Assembly (NCBI GenBank): GCA_040218735.1
Contig: JAVJQW010000038.1
Span: 192,001 to 256,000 of the forward strand
Source of the DNA: Deltaproteobacteria bacterium
Lineage (GTDB): Bacteria > Myxococcota > Kuafuiibacteriia > Kuafuiibacteriales > Kuafuiibacteriaceae
DNA: 64,000 nucleotides
Direction: 5' to 3'
This document shows positions 38,828 to 48,616 of this stretch, one piece after another. Positions within the stretch are counted from its first letter, which is position 1. The number at the start of each line of letters is the position of its first letter. A program made the translations under genes and the position numbers. A model generated the notes under the pieces. It was given only the letters and a program-made list of their open reading frames with translations, was not told the DNA's origin and ran no database searches.

Positions 38828-40594
38828 GTGGACCCGCTGAGCGCGATCCCTCCCCCCGAGCCGCTGCCGAATCTCTTCTTCGCGCGGTGTGAAAAGGACG
38901 CGGAGCAGATCGCGTCGTACACGAAGGTCGACGGCCGTTGGGTCGGCACGACCTGGCGGCAGTCACGCCTCGCTGTGGAGGAGACCGCGCTCGGGCTCGT
39001 CGAGCTCGGAGCGAACAAGGGGACGCCGATCGGCATCCTCTCCAACACCCGCCGCGAGTGGGGTCAGGCCGACCTCGCGATCATCGCGATCGGCGGCATC
39101 ACGATCGGCATCTACCCGACGCTCACCGGGCCGCAGACTCGGCAGCTCCTCGAGTTGTCGAACGCGCGCATCGTCTTCGTCGAGGATCGCGCGCAGCGCG
39201 TGAAGGTCGAGGAGGCGTGTGAAGGGCTCGAGCCGCCGGTGCAGTTCGTGACGATGGCGCCGCACGCCGACGGGCGCCGCACGATCACACTCGACGAGCT
39301 GAGGCGCCGCGGCGCGAAGCGACGCCAGCAGAACCCCGAGGAGCTCGCACGCCGCGTGGAGGAGCTTCGGAGCGAGGACCCGGTCAGCTACATCTACACG
39401 TCGGGCACGACCGGCGACCCGAAGGGCGCGATGCTCAGCCATCGCAACTTCCACTACACGGCGCACGCGACGAACGCGCTGATCGACTACGGCGGCGAGC
39501 GCGCCTTGGCCTTCCTCCCGTACGCCCACTCGTTGCAGCGCTACGCGAGTTACCTGCCGCTCATCACTTCGATGGAGGCGTACTTCGCGGAGTCGTTCGA
39601 CACGGTGCGCGAGAACCTGCGCGAGGTGCGGCCGACCGTGTTTGCGCTGGTGCCGCGGGTGCTCGAGAAGATCCACGCGAAGGCGATGGCCGTCGGCGCC
39701 GGGCGCATCGAGCTGCAGCGTAGGATCTTCGACGGGTCGCTCGGCGTGATGCGCGCGGTGGGGCGCGTGCGGCGCGACGGCGGCGTGCCGGGGCTCCGCG
39801 AACGCCTGCTCGCGCGCGCCGCGGATCGGGTGGTGGGCTCGCGCATCCGCGAGCGCATGGGCGGCCGCGTGAAGTTCATCGGGTCGGGCGGCGCGCCGCT
39901 CGCGCGTGAGACACACGAGTTCTTCGAGGACATCGGCATTCCGATCCTGGAGGGCTACGGGCTGACGGAGACCTGCGCGCCCGCGACGGTGAACACGTTG
40001 GAGATGCGGCGCATCGGCACGGTCGGGCGGCCGCTCCCCGGCACCGAGGTGAAGATCGCCAAGGACGGCGAGATCCTCATCCGCGGGCCCGGAGTGTTCT
40101 CGGGCTACTTCGAGAACGAAGAGGCCACGAAGGCGGCGTTCGACGACCAGGGCTGGTTCAAGTCCGGCGACATCGGCCACATGAGCCGCGACGGGTTCCT
40201 GACGATCACCGATCGCAAGAAGGACCTCATCGTCACCGCGGGCGGGAAGAACATCGCGCCGCAGCCGATCGAAAACGAGCTCAAGCGGCACGGGTTGGTC
40301 GGGCAGGTCGTGGTGATCGGTGACCGGCGGCCGTACCTCACCGCGTTGATCGGCATCGACCCGGAGCAGAAGGACGACCTCCCGAAGGACGCGCGCGAGC
40401 AGATCGAGCGCCACGTCGCCGAGGTGAACGCGCGCCACCCGAGCTTCGAGCAGGTGAAGCGCTTCGAGATACTCGACGACGAGATGACGATCGAGTCGGG
40501 GCTCCTCACGCCGACGCTGAAGGTGAAGCGGCGCGTGGTGGACGAGCGCTACGCGGACGCGATCGAGCACCTCTACTCGGACAAGACCCGGTAG
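38828..40594 (+). CDS. long-chain fatty acid--CoA ligase
   Basis: YTSGTTGDPKG, EGYGLTET, WFKSGDIG, DRKKDLI, TPTLKVKR. Confidence 0.93.
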   Translation: MDPLSAIPPPEPLPNLFFARCEKDAEQIASYTKVDGRWVGTTWRQSRLAVEETALGLVELGANKGTPIGILSNTRREWGQADLAIIAIGGITIGIYPTLTGPQTRQLLELSNARIVFVEDRAQRVKVEEACEGLEPPVQFVTMAPHADGRRTITLDELRRRGAKRRQQNPEELARRVEELRSEDPVSYIYTSGTTGDPKGAMLSHRNFHYTAHATNALIDYGGERALAFLPYAHSLQRYASYLPLITSMEAYFAESFDTVRENLREVRPTVFALVPRVLEKIHAKAMAVGAGRIELQRRIFDGSLGVMRAVGRVRRDGGVPGLRERLLARAADRVVGSRIRERMGGRVKFIGSGGAPLARETHEFFEDIGIPILEGYGLTETCAPATVNTLEMRRIGTVGRPLPGTEVKIAKDGEILIRGPGVFSGYFENEEATKAAFDDQGWFKSGDIGHMSRDGFLTITDRKKDLIVTAGGKNIAPQPIENELKRHGLVGQVVVIGDRRPYLTALIGIDPEQKDDLPKDAREQIERHVAEVNARHPSFEQVKRFEILDDEMTIESGLLTPTLKVKRRVVDERYADAIEHLYSDKTR

Positions 40595-42420
40595 ACGTGC
40601 CGCACCTGGCCGGCGTGTCGGGCGTCGAAGAGGTGCGCGAAGCGCTTCGGATCCTCGAGCGACGCGCGCGCCGCCGGGGTGAGGCGGCGTAGATCCGACG
40701 GGGCGAGCACGACGAACTTCGCCGACAGCGCCGCGAGGTCCTCCGCGGCGAGGGTGCGCTTCGCGCGTTCGTGGTGCTGGTGCAGTCGGTCCGCGACTTC
40801 GCGGTCGAGCATGTAGCCGATGCCGTCGCGTCGCCAGTCGAAGCCGGGCGTGCGCATGCCGCCGGAGAGGCCGAGGTCGGTGTGCGGCGTGAACACGAAG
40901 TCCTCGTTGCTCGCGTAGGGCTCGAGCTGCTCCGCGGTGATCTCGCCGATCGCGCTCGGCGCGGGGAAGTTCATCTTCGGGATGCCGAGCTGCCCGTCGA
41001 GGATCCCCATCCGCACGATCCACAGGTAGCCGGTGAACACCGTGACGAAGACGAGCCCGACCGCGAAGGCGCGCTGGCGGTGCCGCCACAGGTCCGCGAC
41101 GAAGCCGACCACCAAGAGGTTCGCGAAGAACGCGCCGATTCCGTAGAACTTCACGATGTCCCAGCTGCGTTCGTAGGTGACGAAGTTCGGGATGGCGAAG
41201 CCGAGCACGGCCGCCGTCACGAGCGCGACGCGTAAAGGCGTGGGCCGCCGCGCCACCACGACGAGCCCCACGAACGCCGCGATCATCGGCGCGCCGAAGT
41301 GCACGACGTGGAGCATGAGGATCTGAAGCGGCGGGCCGCTGAAGAACGAACGCCCGAAGCGAAGCACGTTCCCGACGGAGGGACCGCGCTCCAGCATCCC
41401 GCCGAGGAGGTAGGCGACACCGAGCGCGCCGAGGAGCGCCGCGACGGTGACACCCGCTCGCTTCAGGTCGCGCTGACGGACGAAGCGGTAGACGACCAGC
41501 ACCCCGAGCACGAGCCCGAGCACGCCGAAGAACACGATGTGCGCGAGCCCGAGCGCGCCGAGGAGCAGGCCGCCGGTGACGAGGCGGAGCGGGTGGTCGT
41601 CGTCGTCGACGAAGATCCGCAGGACGGCGAGCGACAGCGGCATCCCCAACCCCTGCGGGTGTTGGAAGAAGTTCGAGATCACCGGCGGGGGGATCTCGAG
41701 GTGGAGCCACGCCTGGGGGATCGCGGACCACCGAAACTCGAGCGGTCCCGACTGCCCCCAGAAGAACAGCGACAACATCCCGCCGCCGAACGGGACGACG
41801 CACATCGCGAGCGCGGAGCCGAGGCGCCCGCCGACGGTCGCGCCGAGCTCGCGCGCCATGCCCATCAGCAGGACGAAGCAGACGATCGTGGCGCCGTCGA
41901 TCACGTCGTCGGCGCTCGCGCCGGTGAACGCGCGGAGCTGCGCGGCGAGGACGTCGAAGCCGTAGTGGTAGCGGAAGGGCTCGGTCGGGAAGAGCGGGTG
42001 CACCGGCGGGACGATGCCGCGCGCGAGGACGGTGACGACGCCGTCGTGGCAGTTGTGCTCGTCCCACCAGTGCCCGCCGAGCGCCGCCCAGGTCACGAGG
42101 AACAGGCCCAGCGCGACGACGCCCCACACCCACCGCGGCGTTCGTGGCGCGGAGGGCACGACGTGGTCCGAGGGCGGTCGCTTCCAGAGCGCGACGGTGC
42201 CGGCGAGCGCGAGGCCGCCGAAGATCAGCGTCGCCACCACGAGGTCGCCGGTGAGGCGGGCGAGGGCGGTGGGGATGGTCGACATCATCGCCGCAGCGAC
42301 GGTCGCGGCCATCGCCCAGCTTCGGTCCCCGATCTGATGCAGCCACGCGCGCGCGAACACCACCGCGAGCGCGGCGACCAGGAACAGCGGGACGAGACCG
42401 AGCATCGGGCCGGGGCGCAT
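40573..42420 (-). CDS. polytopic membrane protein, GT-C glycosyltransferase-like
   Basis: Many TM helices; WDE...H in first loop; PPVHPLFP...FRYHYG. Confidence 0.6.
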   Translation of the reverse strand: MRPGPMLGLVPLFLVAALAVVFARAWLHQIGDRSWAMAATVAAAMMSTIPTALARLTGDLVVATLIFGGLALAGTVALWKRPPSDHVVPSAPRTPRWVWGVVALGLFLVTWAALGGHWWDEHNCHDGVVTVLARGIVPPVHPLFPTEPFRYHYGFDVLAAQLRAFTGASADDVIDGATIVCFVLLMGMARELGATVGGRLGSALAMCVVPFGGGMLSLFFWGQSGPLEFRWSAIPQAWLHLEIPPPVISNFFQHPQGLGMPLSLAVLRIFVDDDDHPLRLVTGGLLLGALGLAHIVFFGVLGLVLGVLVVYRFVRQRDLKRAGVTVAALLGALGVAYLLGGMLERGPSVGNVLRFGRSFFSGPPLQILMLHVVHFGAPMIAAFVGLVVVARRPTPLRVALVTAAVLGFAIPNFVTYERSWDIVKFYGIGAFFANLLVVGFVADLWRHRQRAFAVGLVFVTVFTGYLWIVRMGILDGQLGIPKMNFPAPSAIGEITAEQLEPYASNEDFVFTPHTDLGLSGGMRTPGFDWRRDGIGYMLDREVADRLHQHHERAKRTLAAEDLAALSAKFVVLAPSDLRRLTPAARASLEDPKRFAHLFDARHAGQVRHVYRVLSE

Positions 42421-42493
42421 GAGATCCCCGCTTGCACGCCGGGGCAAGACTCGACGTGACCCGGGCCGTCAGGCGCGCTAACGGTGACCCGCC

Positions 42494-44011
42494 GTGTCCC
42501 GGACGTACCGTGCGCTCCTCTTCGCGCTCCTCGCGTCCCCCGGGCTCATCCCGCTCGTCGCGCCGTATCTGCCGTTCCAGGATTGGCCCGGTCACCTCGG
42601 CGTGATCGGCGCGCTGATCCACCTCGACGATCCGGCCGCCAACATCCGCGAGCTGCTCGAGTTCAAGGGGTGGTTCGGTCCGAACCGCGCGCTGTACTGG
42701 ATGGGCACGCTCTTCGGCCGGGTGCTCGGGCCGATGCTCGGCGGGCAGCTCCTCCTCGCGATCGTGATGGGCAGCCTCGGGCCCGCGATGTGGTGGCTGT
42801 GTCGCGCTTCGGGGACCGACGAACGCGTCGCGCTGCTCGCGCTACCGCTCGCGCTCGGGCGGCACCTGTACTGCGGCTTCGTGCTCAACGCCGCGGGGCT
42901 CACGTTCCTCGTCCTGGCGATCGCGGCGTACTTCGACGTGCTGCGACGACCGGAGCTGAAACCCACGTTGCGCCTCGCGGCGGTGCTGTTCCTGATCCCG
43001 TTCTTCCACGGCTTCTTCCACCTCGTGAGCGTCGGCCTCATCGCGTGGTGCATCCTCCTCGCGCTCGTGCAGCGCCGCTGGCGCGCGGCGCTCGCGGGGG
43101 TGGTGACCTCCGCGCTGTCGTTCGTCGCGCTCGTGCCGCAGCTGTCGTCGATCGGCGGCGACCCGAACGCACCTTCGCTCTACACCGCGGTGACGACCGC
43201 GGCGGCGAACGCGGACCGGTCGCGGCTCGGCGTGGAGCTGTGGGAGTGGCTGTTCGCTTCGTATCGCTACAGCGCGGTCGACGATTGGTTCCAGGGGATC
43301 TGGATCGCGATGCTGGTGATGCTGCTGCTCGTCGCCGTTGCGTTCGAGCGGCGCCACTTCTTCACGGGCCTTCGTTGGTACCTGTTCTTCATGGCCGGTG
43401 TGACGGCGGTGATGTTCTGGTGGCTGCCTTCGTACATCGGTCCGCCGCTCAACTGGTGGGGCGGCAACCTCCGCCTCCCGATCGTGATCGCCGCGCTGCT
43501 GGTGCCGACCGTCGGGCTCGTCGGTCAGATGCGCGCGCAGAACTTCATCCGCGTGGCGGCGGCGTTCTCGGTGTTGGTCGTGGCGGTCGCCGCCGCGGAT
43601 CTCGTGCGCTTCTCCTACGGGGAGATGGATGGCCTCACCGAGGTGATCGAGGTGATGCCGCCCGGCAAGAAGATCTCCTCGATCCACTACACACCGCGCG
43701 AGGTCCACGAGTACCCCGGCGAGCCGCACGGCTACGTCGGCAACTACTACACGCTCGTGAAGGGCGGCGTGACGCCGCACGATCTCTTCGAGGTGAAGGA
43801 CATCCCGTTCGCGCGGAAGGAGCGCCTCCCGTCGCCGCCGTGGGGCAGCGGCGGAGGTTTCAGGTACAACCTGCACGCGCCCGCGTTCGACGGGTTCCTC
43901 GTGCGCGTCGCGCCGAACGCACCCGACGCACCGTTTCGAAAGGACGACCCGCGCGTGACGCTCGTGAAGTCGGCCGGCAACTGGCGCTACTACCGGCGCA
44001 ACACCCCCTGA
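42494..44011 (+). CDS. polytopic membrane protein, GT-C glycosyltransferase-like
   Basis: PFQDWPGHL first-loop motif; about 11 TM helices; soluble C-terminal domain. Confidence 0.6.
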   Translation: MSRTYRALLFALLASPGLIPLVAPYLPFQDWPGHLGVIGALIHLDDPAANIRELLEFKGWFGPNRALYWMGTLFGRVLGPMLGGQLLLAIVMGSLGPAMWWLCRASGTDERVALLALPLALGRHLYCGFVLNAAGLTFLVLAIAAYFDVLRRPELKPTLRLAAVLFLIPFFHGFFHLVSVGLIAWCILLALVQRRWRAALAGVVTSALSFVALVPQLSSIGGDPNAPSLYTAVTTAAANADRSRLGVELWEWLFASYRYSAVDDWFQGIWIAMLVMLLLVAVAFERRHFFTGLRWYLFFMAGVTAVMFWWLPSYIGPPLNWWGGNLRLPIVIAALLVPTVGLVGQMRAQNFIRVAAAFSVLVVAVAAADLVRFSYGEMDGLTEVIEVMPPGKKISSIHYTPREVHEYPGEPHGYVGNYYTLVKGGVTPHDLFEVKDIPFARKERLPSPPWGSGGGFRYNLHAPAFDGFLVRVAPNAPDAPFRKDDPRVTLVKSAGNWRYYRRNTP

Positions 44012-44063
44012 CGCGCCGCGCCACGCTTGACACCGTCGCGGGCGGCGGGCTTCTTCGACGCCG

Positions 44064-44957
44064 GTGACGTTACCGCCGGCCCTGTTCAAGCTCGTCGCGC
44101 TTCCGTTCGAGCGTGAACGTTACGTGGCGCGTGTCCAAGGGATCGTCGCGCGCTACGAGGCCATGCTGGGGGTGGTCGACGCGTCGCCCGACCACCGTCG
44201 ACGCCGCCAGGTCGAGCTCATGTACACCCACCCGTCGGCGTGGTCGGAGCTCGAGTCGATCGATCGCGAGGAGATCATCCGACGACGCGAGCTCGCGCGC
44301 ACGGAGCTCACCGCGGTGCGTGCTGCGGCGCCCCTGCCGGCGCCCGCCACCCGTGAGGAGCGAACCCGCGTGCTCGCGCTCGCGGACTTCGAGTGGCTCG
44401 CGCGTCACGTGCGCACCCTCGCGCGTCGTGCACGTCGCTTCGGCATCGCGGCGGCGATCGATCACCACGTCGAGAACGCGGCGGATCCGATCGGGGGCCT
44501 CGACGCCCTGGTCGTCGAAGCGCTCGCGAGTGTCCCGCGCGGGGCGCGCCACGGCGCGCTGAGGAAGCTCGTCGCGGTGCGGCACCAGTGCCCGCCGTTC
44601 GAGCACGAGCTCCTCGGGCGCGCGAAGAACCCGACGAACGTCGACCGCACCGTGGTCGGGCGCTTCGAAGATCTCCGCGAAGGTCGCGCCAAGCGCGTCG
44701 AGATCGCGGACCAGATGATCGCGGTCTTCAAACACGAAGGCCGACTCCGCGCGATCGAAGACACCTGCCCGCACCGCGGCGGTCCCCTCGGCAAGGGGGA
44801 GATCGACGAACACGGCTGTGTGCGTTGCCCGTTGCACGGGTGGCCGTTCGATCTCACGACCGGACGCATGCGCGGGAACGAGAACCTCGGCGTGAAGACG
44901 TTCGAGTCCGGCGTCGACGACGACGGCAACATCTGGGTCGGGTCCGAAGCGACGTGA
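44064..44957 (+). CDS. Rieske [2Fe-2S] ferredoxin domain fused to unknown N-terminal helical domain
   Basis: CPHRGGPL and CPLHGWPFD. Confidence 0.85.
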   Translation: MTLPPALFKLVALPFERERYVARVQGIVARYEAMLGVVDASPDHRRRRQVELMYTHPSAWSELESIDREEIIRRRELARTELTAVRAAAPLPAPATREERTRVLALADFEWLARHVRTLARRARRFGIAAAIDHHVENAADPIGGLDALVVEALASVPRGARHGALRKLVAVRHQCPPFEHELLGRAKNPTNVDRTVVGRFEDLREGRAKRVEIADQMIAVFKHEGRLRAIEDTCPHRGGPLGKGEIDEHGCVRCPLHGWPFDLTTGRMRGNENLGVKTFESGVDDDGNIWVGSEAT

Positions 44958-46732
44958 GCGCGTTCCTCCCGGTCGTCGTCCTCGGGCTCGTCACCGCACC
45001 GGTGGCGTCCGAGCGGTGGCGTCCGCCCGAGCTCGTCGTGAAGGCGCCGCCGCCGATCACCGAGTTCGAAGCGCTGGAGGAGATCGCGCTGTCATACCTC
45101 GGGCGCCCCTACGTGATGGGGGGCGTCGGGAGCCCGGGCTTCGACTGCTCGGGGTTCGTGTGCCGCGTGTACGCGGAGTCGGGTTACGCGATCCCGCGGG
45201 TGTCGCGCGACCAGGCGAAGGCGGGGGAGAAGGTGCCGCTCGACGCCATCGCGCCCGGCGACCTGGTGTTCTTCGCGGAGAAGGGGCGGCCGATCTCCCA
45301 CGTCGGGCTGTACCTCGGCGACGGCGAGCTGGCGCACGCGTCCACCGGGCAGGGGCGGGTGGTCGTCGCGCGGATGTCGGCGCGGTGGTTCTCGGATCGC
45401 TTCGTGGAGGCGCGTCGCATCCTGACGAGCACGACGGGGGAACCTTGGGACCCTTCGCAGAGTCCAACTCCGTACGTGGCCCCGACGGAGGAGCTGGTGG
45501 AGCACCGCGGCGACACGCTGCTGCTGCCGATGTTGCGTCGCCCGGCGCGGGTGCCGGCGCCGCGCTACGGGCCCGATCTGATCGGGGCGGACGTCACGTC
45601 GGTGGCGGTGCGGAGCGCGTTCGTCGGCGAGGACGGCGAGCTCGCGTTCACGTTGACGCCGGAGGCGACGCTCACGTTCGAGTCGATCGCGTTGCGTGCG
45701 TCGGTTGCGGTGCCGGTGCGCTTCCCGTTCGACGCGCGGCCCACGGTCGGGACGTTCGACGGCTTCGGCGACTACACCCGGTTCCTCCGGCACCTGTCGC
45801 TCGGCGTCGAGGACGCCGACCTCGAGCTGGTGCTGTCGCGCTTCTCGGAGCTGTCGCTGTTGTCCGGCTTCGTGATGGACCAGGTGGTGCCGTCCACCGA
45901 GGTGCGCGCGGTGCCGGGGTTCGCGGTGCAGCGGACGCCGCTGTCGTTCTTCGGGCGGGCGCGTTCGTCGTGGTTCGAGGCGGAGGCGACGATCGACGAC
46001 GTGATCGACCCCGCGATCTTCGGCGGTGGGGTGCGGGTGCCGATTCAGCTCGCGCCGATCGCGTTGGGCGCCGCGGTCGCGACGGACCAGCGCGCGCGGG
46101 TGACGTCGGGGCTTCGGGCGATCACGACGGCGGAGGCGCAGCTGTTGGGGCAGCTCGTCGACACGCGGGAGTGGACGCTCGACGCGCACCTCGACGTCGG
46201 TGTGATGGGCGCGCTCGACGACTCGGGGTTCGGGACGACGTTCAGCCTCGAGGGTGAGCGACGTTTCTACGGTGCGACCTCGGTGACCTTGGAGCTGGAG
46301 GCGGGCTACGCCGGGTCGCACTTCGTGCCGGGGTTGTTCGGGCCGACGTACGCGCACGAGCGTCGCGCGCACCTGGAGGCGATGGACGCGACGGTGGGCC
46401 GGCCGACGCTCGGCGGGCGGACGGCGGTGCGGTTCGGGAAGCTCGCCATGGAGGTCGGCTACGGGCAGAGCATCGGGGCGAACCGCGCGGCGATCGACCG
46501 GCGTCTGCAGGTCGTGTTGGAGGCGCAGTCCTTGTCGTTGTTCGGAACGCGGTTGTTGGATCTGCGCGTCGCGTATGCGTCGCGCGCGCCGTTCGGCGAC
46601 GAGCCGACGCTCGACATGTTGCAGGGCGGAGCGCGGCTGAGGCTGTTCAGCTGGCTGTTCGCGGAGGCCTACGCGCAGAAGGGTCGCGCGTTCGAAGCCG
46701 GCGCGGGGGTGACGGTGGCGTGGCTCCCCTGA
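44954..46732 (+). CDS. NlpC/P60 (C40) peptidase fused to a putative outer-membrane beta-barrel
   Basis: LGRPYVMGG, FDCSGFV, PGDLVFF, HVGLY, HAS; C-terminal region of alternating beta strands. Confidence 0.85.
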   Translation: MSAFLPVVVLGLVTAPVASERWRPPELVVKAPPPITEFEALEEIALSYLGRPYVMGGVGSPGFDCSGFVCRVYAESGYAIPRVSRDQAKAGEKVPLDAIAPGDLVFFAEKGRPISHVGLYLGDGELAHASTGQGRVVVARMSARWFSDRFVEARRILTSTTGEPWDPSQSPTPYVAPTEELVEHRGDTLLLPMLRRPARVPAPRYGPDLIGADVTSVAVRSAFVGEDGELAFTLTPEATLTFESIALRASVAVPVRFPFDARPTVGTFDGFGDYTRFLRHLSLGVEDADLELVLSRFSELSLLSGFVMDQVVPSTEVRAVPGFAVQRTPLSFFGRARSSWFEAEATIDDVIDPAIFGGGVRVPIQLAPIALGAAVATDQRARVTSGLRAITTAEAQLLGQLVDTREWTLDAHLDVGVMGALDDSGFGTTFSLEGERRFYGATSVTLELEAGYAGSHFVPGLFGPTYAHERRAHLEAMDATVGRPTLGGRTAVRFGKLAMEVGYGQSIGANRAAIDRRLQVVLEAQSLSLFGTRLLDLRVAYASRAPFGDEPTLDMLQGGARLRLFSWLFAEAYAQKGRAFEAGAGVTVAWLP

Positions 46733-46767
46733 CGCGAAGTCGAACGAGATGTGGCAGAGTCGGCGCG

Positions 46768-47655
46768 ATGCGTTGGCTGCTCCTGCTCTTGGTCGCTCTG
46801 TCGTTTGCTTGCGAGGGCAAGCTCGACAAGGAGCGTTTCCGTCGTCGCGCGGAGAAGGCGTACATCGAGGTCAACTCGGGTTGGACGATCATCAAGCGCG
46901 ACCTGCACGAGACGATCTTCGTGCGCGGCGATCAGGTCGACACACTCGACGTCCAGACGATGTTCGAGGACTACGAGAAGAGCGGTCAGAAGGGGTCGGA
47001 CTATTTCGAGGCCTGGATGGCGGAGCGCAAGGCGGAGGCCGAGGCGCGCCGGCGAACGCTGGAGCAGGCCAAGTCGGAGGTCATCCCGATCATCAAGAGC
47101 GAGAAGTGGATTCGGGTGCAGGACCTCGGGGCGATCGGACCGGAGCGCATCCGCGACCAGATTCGCCCATGGCGGCAGGAGGTCGCGCCCGACGTCTTCG
47201 CGGTCCTCGGCATCCCCGAGGAGAAGCTCGGCTATCGCTTCGCCTCGATCGAAGAGGTGAAGGCGTCGAAGGTCTCGGACGACGCGTGGATGAAGATCGG
47301 CATGGAGAACGTCCGCCGCATCGTCGGTGAGCCGACCGGCCAAGAGATGCGCATGGAGGACAAACTGAAGGTCTTCGACCTGAAGAACGTCGACGGCGTC
47401 TCCGCGCTGCTGCTGGACCCGCGCTTCCGCGCGAACATGCTCGAGAAGTTCTCGCTGTCAGAGCTGGGCGCGGCGGTGCCGATCCGCAACGTGCTGATCG
47501 TGTTCGACCCGGCGGACTTCACCACGATCAAACCCATCCGCGCGCGCGCGCGGCAGCTGTATGACTCGCAGAACCACCCGGGGTTCAGGGGGTTGTTGAG
47601 GTTCGATAAGAACGTGGTGACGGTGCTGGACTCGGGGGAGGACAAGAAGAAGTAG
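46768..47655 (+). CDS. hypothetical lipoprotein (DUF1444-like)
   Basis: Lipobox SFAC; [11 protein letters not shown]. Family call tentative. Confidence 0.7.
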   Translation: MRWLLLLLVALSFACEGKLDKERFRRRAEKAYIEVNSGWTIIKRDLHETIFVRGDQVDTLDVQTMFEDYEKSGQKGSDYFEAWMAERKAEAEARRRTLEQAKSEVIPIIKSEKWIRVQDLGAIGPERIRDQIRPWRQEVAPDVFAVLGIPEEKLGYRFASIEEVKASKVSDDAWMKIGMENVRRIVGEPTGQEMRMEDKLKVFDLKNVDGVSALLLDPRFRANMLEKFSLSELGAAVPIRNVLIVFDPADFTTIKPIRARARQLYDSQNHPGFRGLLRFDKNVVTVLDSGEDKKK

Positions 47656-47662
47656 AGGGGAT

Positions 47663-47916
47663 CGGATTCGGACACGGACTCGGATTCGGTTTACGGACAC
47701 GGATTCGGTTACGGACACGGATTCGGACACGGATTCGGTTACGGACACGGATTCGGTTACGGACACGGATTCGGACACGGACACGGACACGGATTCGGAC
47801 ACGGACACGGATTCGGACACGGACACGGATTCGGTTGCGGACTCGGATTCGGATTCGGACACGGACTCGGATTCGGCTACGGACTCGGATTCGGTTACGG
47901 ACTCGGATTCGGAATC
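47663..47916. repeat. degenerate hexamer tandem array (CGGATT/CGGACA/CGGACT/CGGTTA)n, about 42 units
   Basis: Read directly; higher-order 18-mer GGATTCGGTTACGGACAC recurs. Confidence 0.97.
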
Positions 47917-47920
47917 TGCT

Positions 47921-47946
47921 GGCGGCGCCCCTCGCGGAGCGCCGCC
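47921..47946 (-). terminator. GC-rich hairpin with GCGA tetraloop downstream of four-helix-bundle gene 1
   Basis: Minus strand GGCGGCGCTCC-GCGA-GGGGCGCCGCC, 11 bp with one G-U; no U-tract, so terminator role uncertain. Confidence 0.7.
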
Positions 47947-47960
47947 GGCATGACCTTCGC

Positions 47961-48314
47961 CTAATGCGTCAGCCGATACAGCATCGCGTTAATCCTATCG
48001 ATGAGCTCCATGCTCACCGCGGCGTCCTCCGCCTTCACGTACCCCCAGGCCACCGCCACGCGCAGCGCGCAACGCACTTCGTCCGCGCTGCCCGCAGCCA
48101 CCGTGTAGTGATATGTCCTCGACCCGCCCTCCCGTCGACGCCCCTCACCGAGATTCAGCGCCACCGAGCTCGCGGCGTCCCGAATCTGCTTCGCCAAGCT
48201 CGCGTCCTTCTTTCGGATCTTGCTCACCACGTCGACGAGTTCCTCGATGAGCTCCACGCTCACCTCCAGAACGATGAACCGACCAGGAGAGGCTGCATTG
48301 TTTTTTCTGTTCAT
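47961..48314 (-). CDS. four helix bundle protein (23S rRNA IVP / Avd-like family)
   Basis: LAKQIRDAASSVALNLGEG.RR...YTVAAGSADEVRCALRVAVAWGY; 117 aa. Confidence 0.9.
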   Translation of the reverse strand: MNRKNNAASPGRFIVLEVSVELIEELVDVVSKIRKKDASLAKQIRDAASSVALNLGEGRRREGGSRTYHYTVAAGSADEVRCALRVAVAWGYVKAEDAAVSMELIDRINAMLYRLTH

Positions 48315-48479
48315 ACCTCCCCCCGGCGCAGGCGGCGTGACGAACGGCCCTCCCTTCGTTCGGTTACTTTGAGTGGAATCTATTCGGTGGCTCGGTCGTG
48401 GTGGGGAATCGGAACCATAGGCCGATCGGCACGACGGTTGCGCTGCACATAAGGGATGAACAGAAAAAACAATGCAGCC
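48291..48479. repeat. perfect 24-bp inverted repeat (48291-48314 / 48456-48479) equal to the first 8 codons of gene 1
   Basis: ATGAACAGAAAAAACAATGCAGCC on - at 48314 and on + at 48456; 141-bp spacer. Confidence 0.97.
48427..48441 (+). promoter_or_regulatory. sigma54 (-24/-12) promoter pointing away from gene 1
   Basis: CGGCACG-ACGG-TTGC versus consensus TGGCACG-N4-TTGC; 14 nt before the duplicated ATG. Confidence 0.7.
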
Positions 48480-48616
48480 GTCGGCCGGTAGCTCGGTGTG
48501 TGCACCTCAACCAAGAAGACGGAGAGAGAGTCCTCCCCTTCAATCCTGCAGAAGAAAGAACCTCTCCCGTCAAAGTGCCTTAGGGAGTTGAAACCATCCC
48601 CAGTACCACGACCCCC

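Noticed and set aside
38963-42622. Very long alternative-frame ORFs (1219 aa here; also 49285-52305, 3827-6427, 57137-59575)
   Set aside because: Arg/Ala/Gly-rich shadow frames typical of high-GC DNA, overlapping genes with clear family motifs.
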